From a virus: DNA of 64,000 bases. The stretch lies in IMG/VR virus record IMGVR_UViG_3300048091_000425. One strand, written 5' to 3'. The notes under the pieces were generated by a model. The model had not been told where the DNA came from, did no database searches, and saw only the letters and a list, made by a program, of their open reading frames with translations. Every line of letters starts with the position of its first letter. The first letter of the stretch is position 1. Both the position numbers and the translations under genes were made by a program. This document shows, one piece after another, positions 1 through 9,511 of this stretch.

Positions 1-422
1 CTCAGGCTGTCCTTGTGACCAAACCCGTACAACATTCCCTTGAAATTGACGGATGAGTTTTTGCCGCGCATCAGCAGGTCGAACACTGCGTCGACAAAAC
101 TCGGGTTGATCAGCATTTGATTGAGTATGACCGATACGCCCCAACCCCAATCTGGCTCTTTATTTATGTCGGTGAAGATCATGGGGCTTAATGGTTTGGC
201 TTTCTCTTTGAAGCTTTCAATCAACCCCAAAGGTAGCCCCAGGGCATAGGCGCGTTGAAAAAAGAACGTTACGTCGTCAAAACTTGAGTTTAAATTGGCC
301 AACATCGTCAGCAGTGGAAATGCCTTCTTACGCTCGCGGCGATAGTAGATCTCGAAGATCAGATCTTGGATATGAAGCCCCGTGGTTTCTTCAACCAATG
401 CGCAGAAATCGGCATTTTCCAC
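1..422 (-). CDS. hypothetical protein, 3' end runs off the window
   Basis: Open frame from GTG at 422 (GAGG upstream) to base 1: MENADFCALVEETTGLHIQDLIFEIYYRRERKK...; not in ORF track. Confidence 0.55.
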   Translation of the reverse strand, partial: MENADFCALVEETTGLHIQDLIFEIYYRRERKKAFPLLTMLANLNSSFDDVTFFFQRAYALGLPLGLIESFKEKAKPLSPMIFTDINKEPDWGWGVSVILNQMLINPSFVDAVFDLLMRGKNSSVNFKGMLYGFGHKDSL

Positions 423-578
423 ACTGATGACCTCTAAAGTGCTACCTGACTGGCCGCAGTTTAGAGGAAATGAGCTCTGACAAATAGGTCAAGTACAGGT
501 TGGCCGGCAGCGAATGGCTTGCCACCGCCAGTCAGGATGCTGGTCGAAGGCTGTGAAGCCGACGGTTGGTTTGGGCAC

Positions 579-624
579 AAAAAAAGCTCCTTGCTCTGCT
601 GTTCAGGCATAACAAAGGAGCTTT
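579..624 (-). terminator. probable intrinsic terminator of CNNM gene
   Basis: AAAGCTCCTT(583-592)/AAGGAGCTTT(615-624) inverted repeat followed by T7 on minus strand. Confidence 0.45.
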
Positions 625-659
625 ATTGACAGCCAAAGAAACAATTGAGAAAAATCAGG

Positions 660-1649
660 TCAGTCGAGGAGACCGCTCTGGCCGCTGCCATCGTTATTGG
701 TCAATATGTAGGTGTAGATCTTACGGGCCGAGGCGACTCCCAGTGGACTACCCTCCTCATCAACCACCACAACCAGCGGAATCTTGGTCTCTTTCATCCT
801 TACCATCACGTCGATCAGCTTCTCACCGGCGTCGGCCAAAATGATTTGCCGACAAATGTCAGCGACGTTACCGCCCTTTCCCGATATCAGCCGGCCTGCC
901 AGGTCGTTGTAGAACATGAGCCCGACGAGCTCTTTGTGGTGCGTTACCAGGATTCGCTTGCCGTAGTAGTGCTGAGCCAGCTCGCGGCAGTCCTCCAGCG
1001 TGCTCTCCAAGTGCACCGACGGCAGATCAGCAGGCTCCAGCACATCACTGATGCGGTACTGCTTGATCCTGAACACGTTCTGGAGCATGCCGCGCTCGGA
1101 TTTCCCAAGCAGGCCTTCGGAGTGGTAGTAGTTGATCGTGCTTTTGAGCTCATTCAGGTTCATTTTCCGCTTTTTGTTCAGGCGGAACAGCTTTACCCAG
1201 AACAGGGTCATGAACACCATGGGCATCGCAACGAAATAAATGATCCTGGCCAGCCAGGCGAAATGGGTCAGGATCTTTTCGTAGTGGTTGCTGGCCAGGG
1301 TTTTTGGCAAGGTTCGAGCAAACACCAGGTTGGCGTAGGTCAGCACCAACATGAAAATGGCCACCTGGCTGCCAGACAACGCTTTGTAAGCCATGACCCC
1401 GAGCACCGAGTTGGCGGCCACGCCCTGGAACGTCATAAACACCATCGACGCGGCCATATGCTTGTCGCGTTTCGCGGCGATTCTTTTGAGCCATTTCTTA
1501 GTGCGAGCTTTTAGTGTTGGCTGCTCTATAAGTATGCTCATTTTGATATCATCGGCGATAAGCAACGCCGTATCCACACTGCTAAAAAGTGCGGACAAGG
1601 CGAGAATGCCAATTGATGCCATAACCAGTATGGCGAGTTCCGTTGTCAT
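660..1649 (-). CDS. CNNM (DUF21) + CBS-pair membrane protein, HlyC/CorC family
   Basis: N-terminal TM helices with SALFSSVDTAL, FARTLPKTLA, then CBS-like segments ending VVVVDEEGSPLGV; start at ATG 1649. Confidence 0.85.
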   Translation of the reverse strand: MTTELAILVMASIGILALSALFSSVDTALLIADDIKMSILIEQPTLKARTKKWLKRIAAKRDKHMAASMVFMTFQGVAANSVLGVMAYKALSGSQVAIFMLVLTYANLVFARTLPKTLASNHYEKILTHFAWLARIIYFVAMPMVFMTLFWVKLFRLNKKRKMNLNELKSTINYYHSEGLLGKSERGMLQNVFRIKQYRISDVLEPADLPSVHLESTLEDCRELAQHYYGKRILVTHHKELVGLMFYNDLAGRLISGKGGNVADICRQIILADAGEKLIDVMVRMKETKIPLVVVVDEEGSPLGVASARKIYTYILTNNDGSGQSGLLD

Positions 1650-1700
1650 GTCGTTTGGGTAACTCAGAGAGAAATCGATCAACCTGAGATTCTATGTTAA

Positions 1701-1762
1701 ATGTCAGTTTGATGAAATATGAATTAACTTTTTTGATAACTTCTCAAGTATCAAACTGACAT
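1701..1762. promoter_or_regulatory. 13-bp perfect inverted repeat around 36-bp AT-rich spacer
   Basis: ATGTCAGTTTGAT (1701-1713) / ATCAAACTGACAT (1750-1762). Confidence 0.55.
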
Positions 1763-1769
1763 CAAACAA

Positions 1770-2260
1770 CAAGGCATCTGTCCACATTAAGAGCGGCTGG
1801 CGCTTCGAGATACCAGGATCTTGCTACCCGCGACGAGCGGACAATCTAGATGTCCACATTAACGGAAGGCTGGAGCCCCCGGTTTACGTGGCCTGCAGGG
1901 GTGTGGGAGGGTTCAACAAGGCAGATGTCCACATAAGCAGAGAAACTCAGTCCCTGCCTTCAGCGTGACAAAGCAGCCGATGGCTGCCGAGGTTAAAGGT
2001 TGCAGACCTTGGCAAGCAGCTCCTGGCTGACCGCCTTATTCGCCACCTGTTTCTCGATTTCGCGGTCGTATTCACGCTGGCGCTGGCGAGCTTGCTCAAG
2101 CCGAGCGTGGCCGGCGCTGTCCAGTTCGCGGATCTGAGACAGGTCGATCAGGGCTTTGAGGCTCATGGGGGTCTCTCATGAAACGGCGTGGATGATTCAA
2201 ATTACCACGGTGGATCACACGCAAACAACGTGGATTCGGCACACGGAATCTGTCCACATT
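1770..2260 (+). repeat. iterons downstream of rep (4 copies)
   Basis: GTCCACAT cores at 1780, 1852, 1927, 2252, same family as the upstream array. Confidence 0.8.
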
Positions 2261-2267
2261 TGCCCTA

Positions 2268-3161
2268 TCAGTAGGTCGCTACGGGCTCTGCTCGGCGGCG
2301 CTCAGCAGTCAGCCGGGCAATCACTTCCTGAGTGGATTCACCAGGGCGAGCCGCCGCCATGATTTCCTTCTCGGTGATTGGCCCGCTCTTGCGCTTGCGT
2401 GGGGTCTTCGCCGGCTTTGGCGTCTCATCCTTCTCGGAGATCAAGCTTTCCTGAACCGGGTTCATCGAGAAGTCCGCACGCTCGGCGTAGGAGACCTCAA
2501 TGGCCACGATTTTGCGCCCTTCGCGCTTTGGCTGGAAACCCAGGATCTTGATGTCGGTGAGGTTGTGGATCATCTCCAGCGCCGGCTCAATCACGCGCTT
2601 TCTCAAGTCGGCGTAGAGCGGGTAGGCATCATCGAGGGCCAGACTGAAGCGAATGTCCTCAATGAATATCAACGCCGTTGGACTGCACTTGAACCGGTGC
2701 TTAACGATCAGCTCATACATGCGGAAGGCATGCGGGCTGGAGAGTCGGGCCACCGCGTTGAGGCTGTACTTCGTGAAGTTGCCTTGGAGGTCGACCAGAT
2801 AGGGCAGGATATCCTTTGAGAAACGCAGCATCACCCGCCCTTCCCCGGCGATGTAGTCGGCGGTTTGTATCCAGCGGGTTTTACGCTCCCGGTCATTCAT
2901 GCTGAGCAGGATCTTTCGGTCGAACAGCTGGTCAACAGCTTCCTTCAGGTCAGAGTAGGCGGCCATCAGGCTGATACCACAGGTCTCTGCGAACTCACGG
3001 GCGGTGAAACCATACATCTCATCATCCGAAACCAGGGTGTTGCGGTCACGGTCGATTTTGGCGATGCAGGTGAGAATGATTCGTGTCTCAGCCACCGTCA
3101 GTTTGTAGTTCGCAGTCATCAAATCGTTTGATTTGTAGACCTGAAGGTTTTGCGCGGTCAT
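2268..3161 (-). CDS. repA: plasmid replication initiator, Rep_3 (RepB/RepE) family
   Basis: VYKSNDLMTANYKLTVAETRIIL, RWIQTADY, LQGNFTKY, HAFRMYELI, YADLRKRVIEPAL motifs typical of Rep_3. Confidence 0.93.
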   Translation of the reverse strand: MTAQNLQVYKSNDLMTANYKLTVAETRIILTCIAKIDRDRNTLVSDDEMYGFTAREFAETCGISLMAAYSDLKEAVDQLFDRKILLSMNDRERKTRWIQTADYIAGEGRVMLRFSKDILPYLVDLQGNFTKYSLNAVARLSSPHAFRMYELIVKHRFKCSPTALIFIEDIRFSLALDDAYPLYADLRKRVIEPALEMIHNLTDIKILGFQPKREGRKIVAIEVSYAERADFSMNPVQESLISEKDETPKPAKTPRKRKSGPITEKEIMAAARPGESTQEVIARLTAERRRAEPVATY

Positions 3162-3270
3162 CTGGCCTTGTCCTTAAAGATTGCAGTACGACATTGCGCT
3201 GTAGGTTAGGGACGCATACGGGGAATGCCACCTTTTTCATTCATCGGAATAAACGATCTGACGAATGGCC

Positions 3271-4769
3271 TAGCCATTTGTCCACATTAAGCTTTAGAGC
3301 ATACACGCAACCGTCACCACACACGCCATTTGTCCACATTAAGCGCGTGAGGTGCCGGAGGTGGCTTCAGATATCTTTGAAATATCCATATTTTTCAATT
3401 GGTTAAACAAACCATCTAAAAAGCAGCAACACGGCATCTGTCCACATTAAGTGAAGCCAGCAATCAAACCCCCCTGGAAAATTGCATGCCATCTGACCAC
3501 ATTAAGCTTCAAAACCCACCGTTTTAGTCACGCCATCTGTCCACATTTAGGTTTTTGGCGCGGGATGCGAAAAACACACGGCATCCGTCCACATTTGACC
3601 TTGATCCTGGATGGCCATTCTCTGACCTACAAGTCATTTGTCCACATTAAGGAAGATCTGGGATGCGCTCACCAGCCGTCAGACAAGGAATCTGTCCACA
3701 TAAAGGCCAACGCTCCTGTTCCTGACACGGAATCCGTCCACATTTACCCTCCCAAGACGGTAGGAAAGACACGGCATCCGTCCACATTAAGGTTATTCAG
3801 GCACCGTTGATCGGGTGGCGTGAGCAAAAAACTAAAGAAAACAAAGATTTGGAAGATAAATCTGAGGCAATGCACGTGGATGACACGCTAGCCGTCCACA
3901 TTTGAACGGTTTTTTGACTGTACCGAATGGAATTGGATTTAGGCCGGCCCTTATGACACGCCATCCGTCCACATTAATGAGGTTGCCAGGCTCCTGGGCA
4001 AGGAATCCGTCCACATTTGGCGGAAGAGCCCCGTAATACGGGCACTTCATACAAGTCATCCGTCCACATTAAGGGATTCATCATGGCCAATTGAACACGG
4101 CATCCGTCCACATTAAGGGCTTTTAGGGCTCTTTTTCATTGCCTTTGAGGGGCGGATCCGCTTGGCGACCAGCAAGTCACGGGATCTGTCCACATTTGAG
4201 GGGCAGGACAAGGAATCCGTCCACATTGAAGGGCTTACAGCACCTTTCTCGAGGCCTGGCGCCGCCATTGAACACGGCATCCGTCCACATATCGATGAAC
4301 GGACACGCCATCCGACCACATTTGAAGGCTTTCGACCGATTTCTCCTGGCGCCGGCTGGCGCTGGGCACCTGCTGATCCTCTTGGGAGCACGGCATCCGT
4401 CCACATTTGGGGTTGGAGGCACGGAATCTGTCCACATTTGCGAGCTCAGAGCCCCTTCCCAACCCGCCGTCACCGGCCAAAGCTCCTAGACGCCGTCGAT
4501 TCTCACGCCATCCGTCCACATCAAGCCGACTGGCGAGCATGGCGGTGGAGATTGGACAGGTCAGTCACCCCTGGGGCTATACTGAACCTCAATGAAACAA
4601 GGCATCCGACCACATTTCGCAGGTGCAACAAGGCAGATGTCCATACATAAGCAGTTATCCACAAGGCAGGCGTCCACATCAGTACACGGCAGACGTCCAC
4701 AAAACTCACGGCAGGCGTCCACAGTTCTAAAGCTTCCCGTCCACATCTCTCAAGCCAGTTGTCCATATT
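3271..4769 (+). repeat. large iteron array (~29 direct repeats, consensus ACACGGCATC(C/T)GTCCACATT)
   Basis: Core G at 3280,3332,3440,3495,3539,3587,3640,3694,3736,3780,3894,3967,4009,4062,4106,4188,4219,4283,4314,4399,4430,4514,4608,4639,4672,4695,4717,4739,4761; upstream of rep. Confidence 0.9.
4655..4663 (+). promoter_or_regulatory. DnaA box
   Basis: Perfect TTATCCACA inside the iteron field. Confidence 0.75.
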
Positions 4770-4846
4770 TGGAAGCTGGAGCCCTTATGAACCGTGGTCT
4801 CCAGCCCCGCTAAAGAGAAAAGATTGAAAAAGAAAGAAAACTAAAG
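4655..4846. other. probable oriV core
   Basis: DnaA box, five iterons at 22-23 bp spacing (4672-4761), then A-rich tract 4811-4845. Confidence 0.6.
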
Positions 4847-5428
4847 CGTGCACACCAGCTGTGGTTCATCACTTACCTCGATGGTGCGGACATCCTCCAC
4901 CACGGTATGGAACGGCACCAGCAACCGCCAGGCGTGAAGAAACTCATTCAGCAGCGCCAGATTGCCCGCTTCCCCCGCATCACTGGCCCACACTTTTCCT
5001 TCACCCAGCACACACTCCATGGATTTGCGATCCGCCAAAGCGCCACCTCGTTTGAAGCGCTGCGGCTTCACCCCATTGAACGGTAGCCATTCTTCTCGGC
5101 TCACGTCGATCAGATAAGCCACCTGCTTGATACGAGCGTTGGCCTCCAGGCGTAACTGAGTGGCCTCAGTTATTTTGAAGTCAGCAGCCACTTCAGCCGG
5201 TCGCATGGAGAACAGAGCTGAGAGGTAATCAGCGCCGTCGAGCACCTTCCCCACTTCGGTGACCAGGACATCATGATGCCAAAGACTCAGCGTCACCTCG
5301 GCCATTTGCAGCCAAACCAATTGACGCTCACGCCACACCTTGCCGCTGGGAACTCCGACGGTTTTCTCGTTGGTCACTTTGACAATAGGGTGAGCGGTAA
5401 CTAACGGCGCAGAAAAGAATGACAGCAT
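4841..5428 (-). CDS. hypothetical protein
   Basis: Long ORF, GGAGG RBS before ATG 5428, last gene of a 4-gene minus-strand operon. Confidence 0.75.
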   Translation of the reverse strand: MLSFFSAPLVTAHPIVKVTNEKTVGVPSGKVWRERQLVWLQMAEVTLSLWHHDVLVTEVGKVLDGADYLSALFSMRPAEVAADFKITEATQLRLEANARIKQVAYLIDVSREEWLPFNGVKPQRFKRGGALADRKSMECVLGEGKVWASDAGEAGNLALLNEFLHAWRLLVPFHTVVEDVRTIEVSDEPQLVCTL

Positions 5429-5468
5429 GGGACTTTCCTCCAACTAATGATGAGCAAAATTAGTTAAT

Positions 5469-6455
5469 TTACACAGCGACTGCTTGAACCTTTCCGTTGA
5501 TAAACATGCCGCATGAAGCCTTCACATCGAAACCAACTTTTGGAACTATCCGCAACTTCGTTGGTTGAACTAACTCGCGAAGAATTTGTACGTTTCGCTC
5601 AATTACTTTCTCGCTTGATTCACGGCCATAACGCTCAGACGCCGGGTTGTAACGAACAATGTTGATGTTGACCTTGAGGGCGCGTGCGTTGATCGCACCG
5701 GCCATGGCCACCATGTCCTGCTCACTGTCGTTCTGCCCTTCAATGAACGCGAAGTGCACCTTCGGGATCTTTCCAGAGAAATCCGCCCAGGCTTTGAGCT
5801 TGTCCAGGCCCACTTCGGCAGGCAGTGCTTTACCCAGCCAGCGCCGGCGAAAAGCAGGGTTAACACTGTAGAGTGAGTAGTAAATCTCCGGCAGGATTTC
5901 CGGGAAAATGTCTTGCAGTTCACGGCCTGCCAGGCTGTTTGGAAAGATAGAGGAAATCAAGAACTTGCATGCAAGATCGCGCTCGTTTGCCAGCATTTTC
6001 AGCGAAGATAGCAGCAGTTTGCTGTCAGCGAGAATAAGCGGGTTGTTAAGCGGCTCACCGCGAGCCATGAAGTTGTAGTGCAGCATATTCGCCGTGGCCT
6101 GGCGGTCGTAATGAGCCAGGACGTCCCTCGCCTGGAAAAGGAAATCCTGGAGGGTGGCGTTATCGAGTGCGGTTTCCCCGTTGGCCGTCAGATGGCACAT
6201 CCGGCAGGCCATGTCACAACCTGATTGCGAGGAGAGGTAGGCCAATACTTTGTCATTGTCGCGGCGGACGTAGCGCCTTTCAAAGTATCCGACATTAGGG
6301 GCTTTTTCGACGAAATTAACAGAGTTATCCAAGGTACTTTTAAGTGCAATCAGCTCAGGCATGCATTGAAATCCTATAATAATTCGCGATTTACACCCCG
6401 AGACATCCTCTACTTCGGGGATCTCGCCCGTCTCCAGACGGGTCGAGCGCGGCAT
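5469..6455 (-). CDS. RlmN/Cfr-like radical SAM enzyme (divergent)
   Basis: SSQSGCDMACRMCH (CxxxCxxC), FMARGEP (cf. MGMGEP), IEGQND, NIVRYNP, C-terminal GFDVKASCGMF (cf. GDDIDAACGQL). Confidence 0.85.
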   Translation of the reverse strand: MPRSTRLETGEIPEVEDVSGCKSRIIIGFQCMPELIALKSTLDNSVNFVEKAPNVGYFERRYVRRDNDKVLAYLSSQSGCDMACRMCHLTANGETALDNATLQDFLFQARDVLAHYDRQATANMLHYNFMARGEPLNNPLILADSKLLLSSLKMLANERDLACKFLISSIFPNSLAGRELQDIFPEILPEIYYSLYSVNPAFRRRWLGKALPAEVGLDKLKAWADFSGKIPKVHFAFIEGQNDSEQDMVAMAGAINARALKVNINIVRYNPASERYGRESSEKVIERNVQILRELVQPTKLRIVPKVGFDVKASCGMFINGKVQAVAV

Positions 6456-6476
6456 TATAGGACGTTTTCTGTCAAT

Positions 6477-7325
6477 TCATGCGATATGTTTAGCCGTCGC
6501 TTCGACGGGAACCGGCGTCTGCTCAGCACGTTGTTCAGCCAGCACCACCTTGGGCACGCCGATGTCGCGCAAGGCCTTGGCCAGCCGGGTGTCGAGCTGC
6601 GTTTCGCGCCCCTGCACCACGGCAAAGAACCTGTTCAGCACCTCACTGCGCGAGGCCCAGGCCGGCACAAAGGCGTACGCACCTTCCCATTCAAAGTACG
6701 TGTAGCGCCCTTCGCACCACTCCAGATGCTCTGCCAGCAACTCCTTGAAGCGGATCACGAGCTCTAAACGCCCTTCCCTTGCCATGGCCTGGAGAAATCC
6801 ATTGGCCTGGATCACGTAGTACATGCCTTCGACCGAGCCGCTGGGCATCGGCAGCTTTGGATACAGCATCTTGCCTTGGTGCTGCACCAACTCTGGCAGA
6901 TGTTTCATGATCTCGAAGTACAGTCGTGCCCCGTCGTACTGGAGGACTTTAGCGTTGGCACGGGCCTTATCGAGGTAAGGCCTCGACCAATCCTCAATAA
7001 CTTCCCACCGATTTTTTCCATTCAGGTCACGGTACAGCAGCGTCATGCCGTGGTCAGCCAGCATCAGCTGGTGTTCATGCAAAGGATCCCAGCCCGTTAC
7101 CCGGCTGACCTGCGGCTCGCTGAACGAGGTGTAGCCCACGCAAAAGGCTTCATAGCGCAGGGTGTCCCACCGCTGAGCTTGCTCTTCCGTTGCCCATCCC
7201 TCGACACGGCCATTGCTGGCCTCGAACATTGGATGAATGCCTTTAGGATTGGCGCTTTTCGATTGAAACAGCGCGCCTTCCAGGTCAGTAACCACCAGAT
7301 TGTCAAACAAGCTTCTTCGGTACAT
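6477..7325 (-). CDS. hypothetical protein
   Basis: 282-aa ORF tightly coupled in operon. Confidence 0.75.
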   Translation of the reverse strand: MYRRSLFDNLVVTDLEGALFQSKSANPKGIHPMFEASNGRVEGWATEEQAQRWDTLRYEAFCVGYTSFSEPQVSRVTGWDPLHEHQLMLADHGMTLLYRDLNGKNRWEVIEDWSRPYLDKARANAKVLQYDGARLYFEIMKHLPELVQHQGKMLYPKLPMPSGSVEGMYYVIQANGFLQAMAREGRLELVIRFKELLAEHLEWCEGRYTYFEWEGAYAFVPAWASRSEVLNRFFAVVQGRETQLDTRLAKALRDIGVPKVVLAEQRAEQTPVPVEATAKHIA

Positions 7326-7689
7326 CCAAGTCCCCGTTGCGCATTGGTCGAAGCAATTCTTGAATTACACGGTTGATTTGCGTGGCATATCCACCGGCCT
7401 GACCCACGTTTTCGACCTGCGAACGTAGGTACAGCTCGGTCAATTCTCCCCAGTGTGGCATCAGCACCGCGAAGCCGGGCACCAATTTAGCCACCAGTGG
7501 CAGCAAATTCTGCATCTGCGGGAATGCCTTGAGCAACTCCATGCAGGCAATAAAGCCTTTACCGGTGCTTGGCCCGACAAAATCCCCGCTTCGTGACCCA
7601 AGTGCAATGGCAATGATGGTCATGGCGCTGTCCGGGCGTTTTTCCCTGGCAATCCACACACCTAACCGCTGGAACTCTTCAATGCTCAT
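7303..7689 (-). CDS. hypothetical phage-like protein
   Basis: 128-aa ORF; GFIACMELLKAFP...PHWGEL resembles a small phage protein family. Confidence 0.7.
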   Translation of the reverse strand: MSIEEFQRLGVWIAREKRPDSAMTIIAIALGSRSGDFVGPSTGKGFIACMELLKAFPQMQNLLPLVAKLVPGFAVLMPHWGELTELYLRSQVENVGQAGGYATQINRVIQELLRPMRNGDLDVPKKLV

Positions 7690-7832
7690 CTGACTTTTGG
7701 GCTCAAACCATCAACCGCTTCAAAGCCTTCGAGGATAACCATCATCCGCTGGCGCAGCAATGGGACAGGAGCATCGTTGCGACCGGTTACACTCCCTCCG
7801 GATAATGGTGGTAATCACCAGGACATCGACCG

Positions 7833-8999
7833 ATGAACAAGCCACTCCCGACACTAAGCCCCTACCGCCTTCGCGCCATCACCAATGAGTTCCGTGGACG
7901 CAAGCACTGGGAGGAAGGCTGGCACGGAGGAAAGCCTGACACCTACAACGACAAGGTGGCCGTGCTCGAGGCGATAGAGCCTGCGGTTTTGAACAAACTG
8001 CTGCAGATTTTGCAGCTGCATGTCGGCGGTGAGACCGTCCGCAACCTTGCACACCTGGATAAGCTTCTGGATGTTGTGGCAAAGGAGAATGAAGGCGGTT
8101 TCGAAGCAGGCTTGCCGAAACCTCACTTACGCGTCTACAGCCTGTGCTTCGCCGGCGTGCATTCTCACGTTTATTGGCCCAGGCTGATAACTCTGATCCA
8201 AGGCGCAAGCCAGGAACATGAACAGCAGATTCGTGGGTTTTTCGGCACGGTGATGGACATCGATCTCGACGAGCTACTGAGCAAAGGACAGTTGCCTTTC
8301 GAAATGCCTGAGCAGCTGCGCCATATCCTGCCCCGTCAAGCATTCTCCGGCATTGATTACATTCTCGACCCCCAATCCGGATCCTGGTTACGTGAGGATC
8401 GCTTTTCTTCTACCTACGAGCTTCAGTTTACTTGCGAGGAGTTCGATGACGCTGCAGATCGAAGGCTAAATTGCAAATACACCATTGCTCACGCCGGTAC
8501 GCTTGAGGAGGCGCTTGCGCTGGCCAGCTTGCATCTAAAGAGCATAAATCCCTATTTTTCTTCGATTACAGACATGCGAGAGGCGCAGGAAACCCTGAGT
8601 ACTCCAGTCAGATATGAGATCTTCAGGGGGCCTTTCGAATTGGTCGTGCAGAGCAAGATCACAGAGTGTTTTACCGATGCGGATGAGCACACCCCAGACC
8701 CTGCTCTGAGGAAAATGATTCGTTACGACAACACCTGGAACCGGCGACCTTGCGCCGTCGAAGTTCAAAGGCTCCAGCAACAAAACCAGACACTCCAGGA
8801 GCGATTGAGAGCCTCCATCAAAGCACGCGACACCGAATATAGCTTTCATCACCAAATTGAGGCCAACGAAGACCGTATTAAGCAGTACGACTTCTGTGTG
8901 CCGAACGCGGTGCTTGAGAAAATGATTTTCGACACCGATCAACGCCTGGGCAACATGCACCACCTGGCCAGATATTTTAGCCAAGACCTCGGACTTTAA
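7833..8999 (+). CDS. hypothetical protein
   Basis: 388-aa ORF, AGGA upstream. Confidence 0.75.
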   Translation: MNKPLPTLSPYRLRAITNEFRGRKHWEEGWHGGKPDTYNDKVAVLEAIEPAVLNKLLQILQLHVGGETVRNLAHLDKLLDVVAKENEGGFEAGLPKPHLRVYSLCFAGVHSHVYWPRLITLIQGASQEHEQQIRGFFGTVMDIDLDELLSKGQLPFEMPEQLRHILPRQAFSGIDYILDPQSGSWLREDRFSSTYELQFTCEEFDDAADRRLNCKYTIAHAGTLEEALALASLHLKSINPYFSSITDMREAQETLSTPVRYEIFRGPFELVVQSKITECFTDADEHTPDPALRKMIRYDNTWNRRPCAVEVQRLQQQNQTLQERLRASIKARDTEYSFHHQIEANEDRIKQYDFCVPNAVLEKMIFDTDQRLGNMHHLARYFSQDLGL

Positions 9000-9082
9000 G
9001 CGGTTCGTGCATGATTTCCATCAATTGACATGGTAGTCTGTCAGCCGTTTATTTCAGACCAACCTTTACCGACAGGATCGTC

Positions 9083-9493
9083 ATGACTTCCACTACCGCT
9101 GCCTCCAGAATGAACTGGTTCAACCTGATGAAAAGCAACCTTGAGGTCATCAAGACGCTCTATCCGCTGGCGTTCCCAGCCGAAGGTCAGCCCGTCAAAC
9201 CGCTCAAAAACAAAGTCGCTGATGATCTGGTCGTGGCATTGAAGGACTCGCACCCGGACATTACCCCGGCCCACGTGCAGCATGTGCTGGGTTTCTGGTG
9301 CACCCGCCGCTTCTACCTGAAGAGCTTCAAGGCCGCCACGCACCGCATCGACCTGGCCGGCCAACCTGTGGAAGAGATCAGTGAAGCGTCTCGTGAACAC
9401 GCCATGAACCGTTTGGACGCCAGTGATCAGCAACGAGCCAAGGCCAAAGCCAAGTCTACTGCCACGGCAGCAGCCACTCCGTCCCTTTCCTGA
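9083..9493 (+). CDS. ProQ/FinO-domain RNA chaperone
   Basis: LYPLAF...KPLKNKVADDL...VLGFWCTRRFYLKSFKAATHRIDLAGQP...EHA matches the FinO/ProQ domain. Confidence 0.85.
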   Translation: MTSTTAASRMNWFNLMKSNLEVIKTLYPLAFPAEGQPVKPLKNKVADDLVVALKDSHPDITPAHVQHVLGFWCTRRFYLKSFKAATHRIDLAGQPVEEISEASREHAMNRLDASDQQRAKAKAKSTATAAATPSLS

Positions 9494-9511
9494 CCCACCT
9501 GAAGGCCACCC

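Noticed and set aside
645-1514. 289-aa plus-strand ORF
   Set aside because: Antisense shadow of the CNNM/CBS gene
3271-4769. CRISPR array interpretation of the repeat field
   Set aside because: Repeat-to-repeat spacing varies from 22 to 114 bp, repeats are degenerate and non-palindromic, no cas genes are present, and a Rep_3 gene and DnaA box are adjacent
3083-4813. Many short ORFs in both directions over the iteron region
   Set aside because: Translations are artefacts of the repeat (HAIRPH, MWTD); no RBS or protein-like composition
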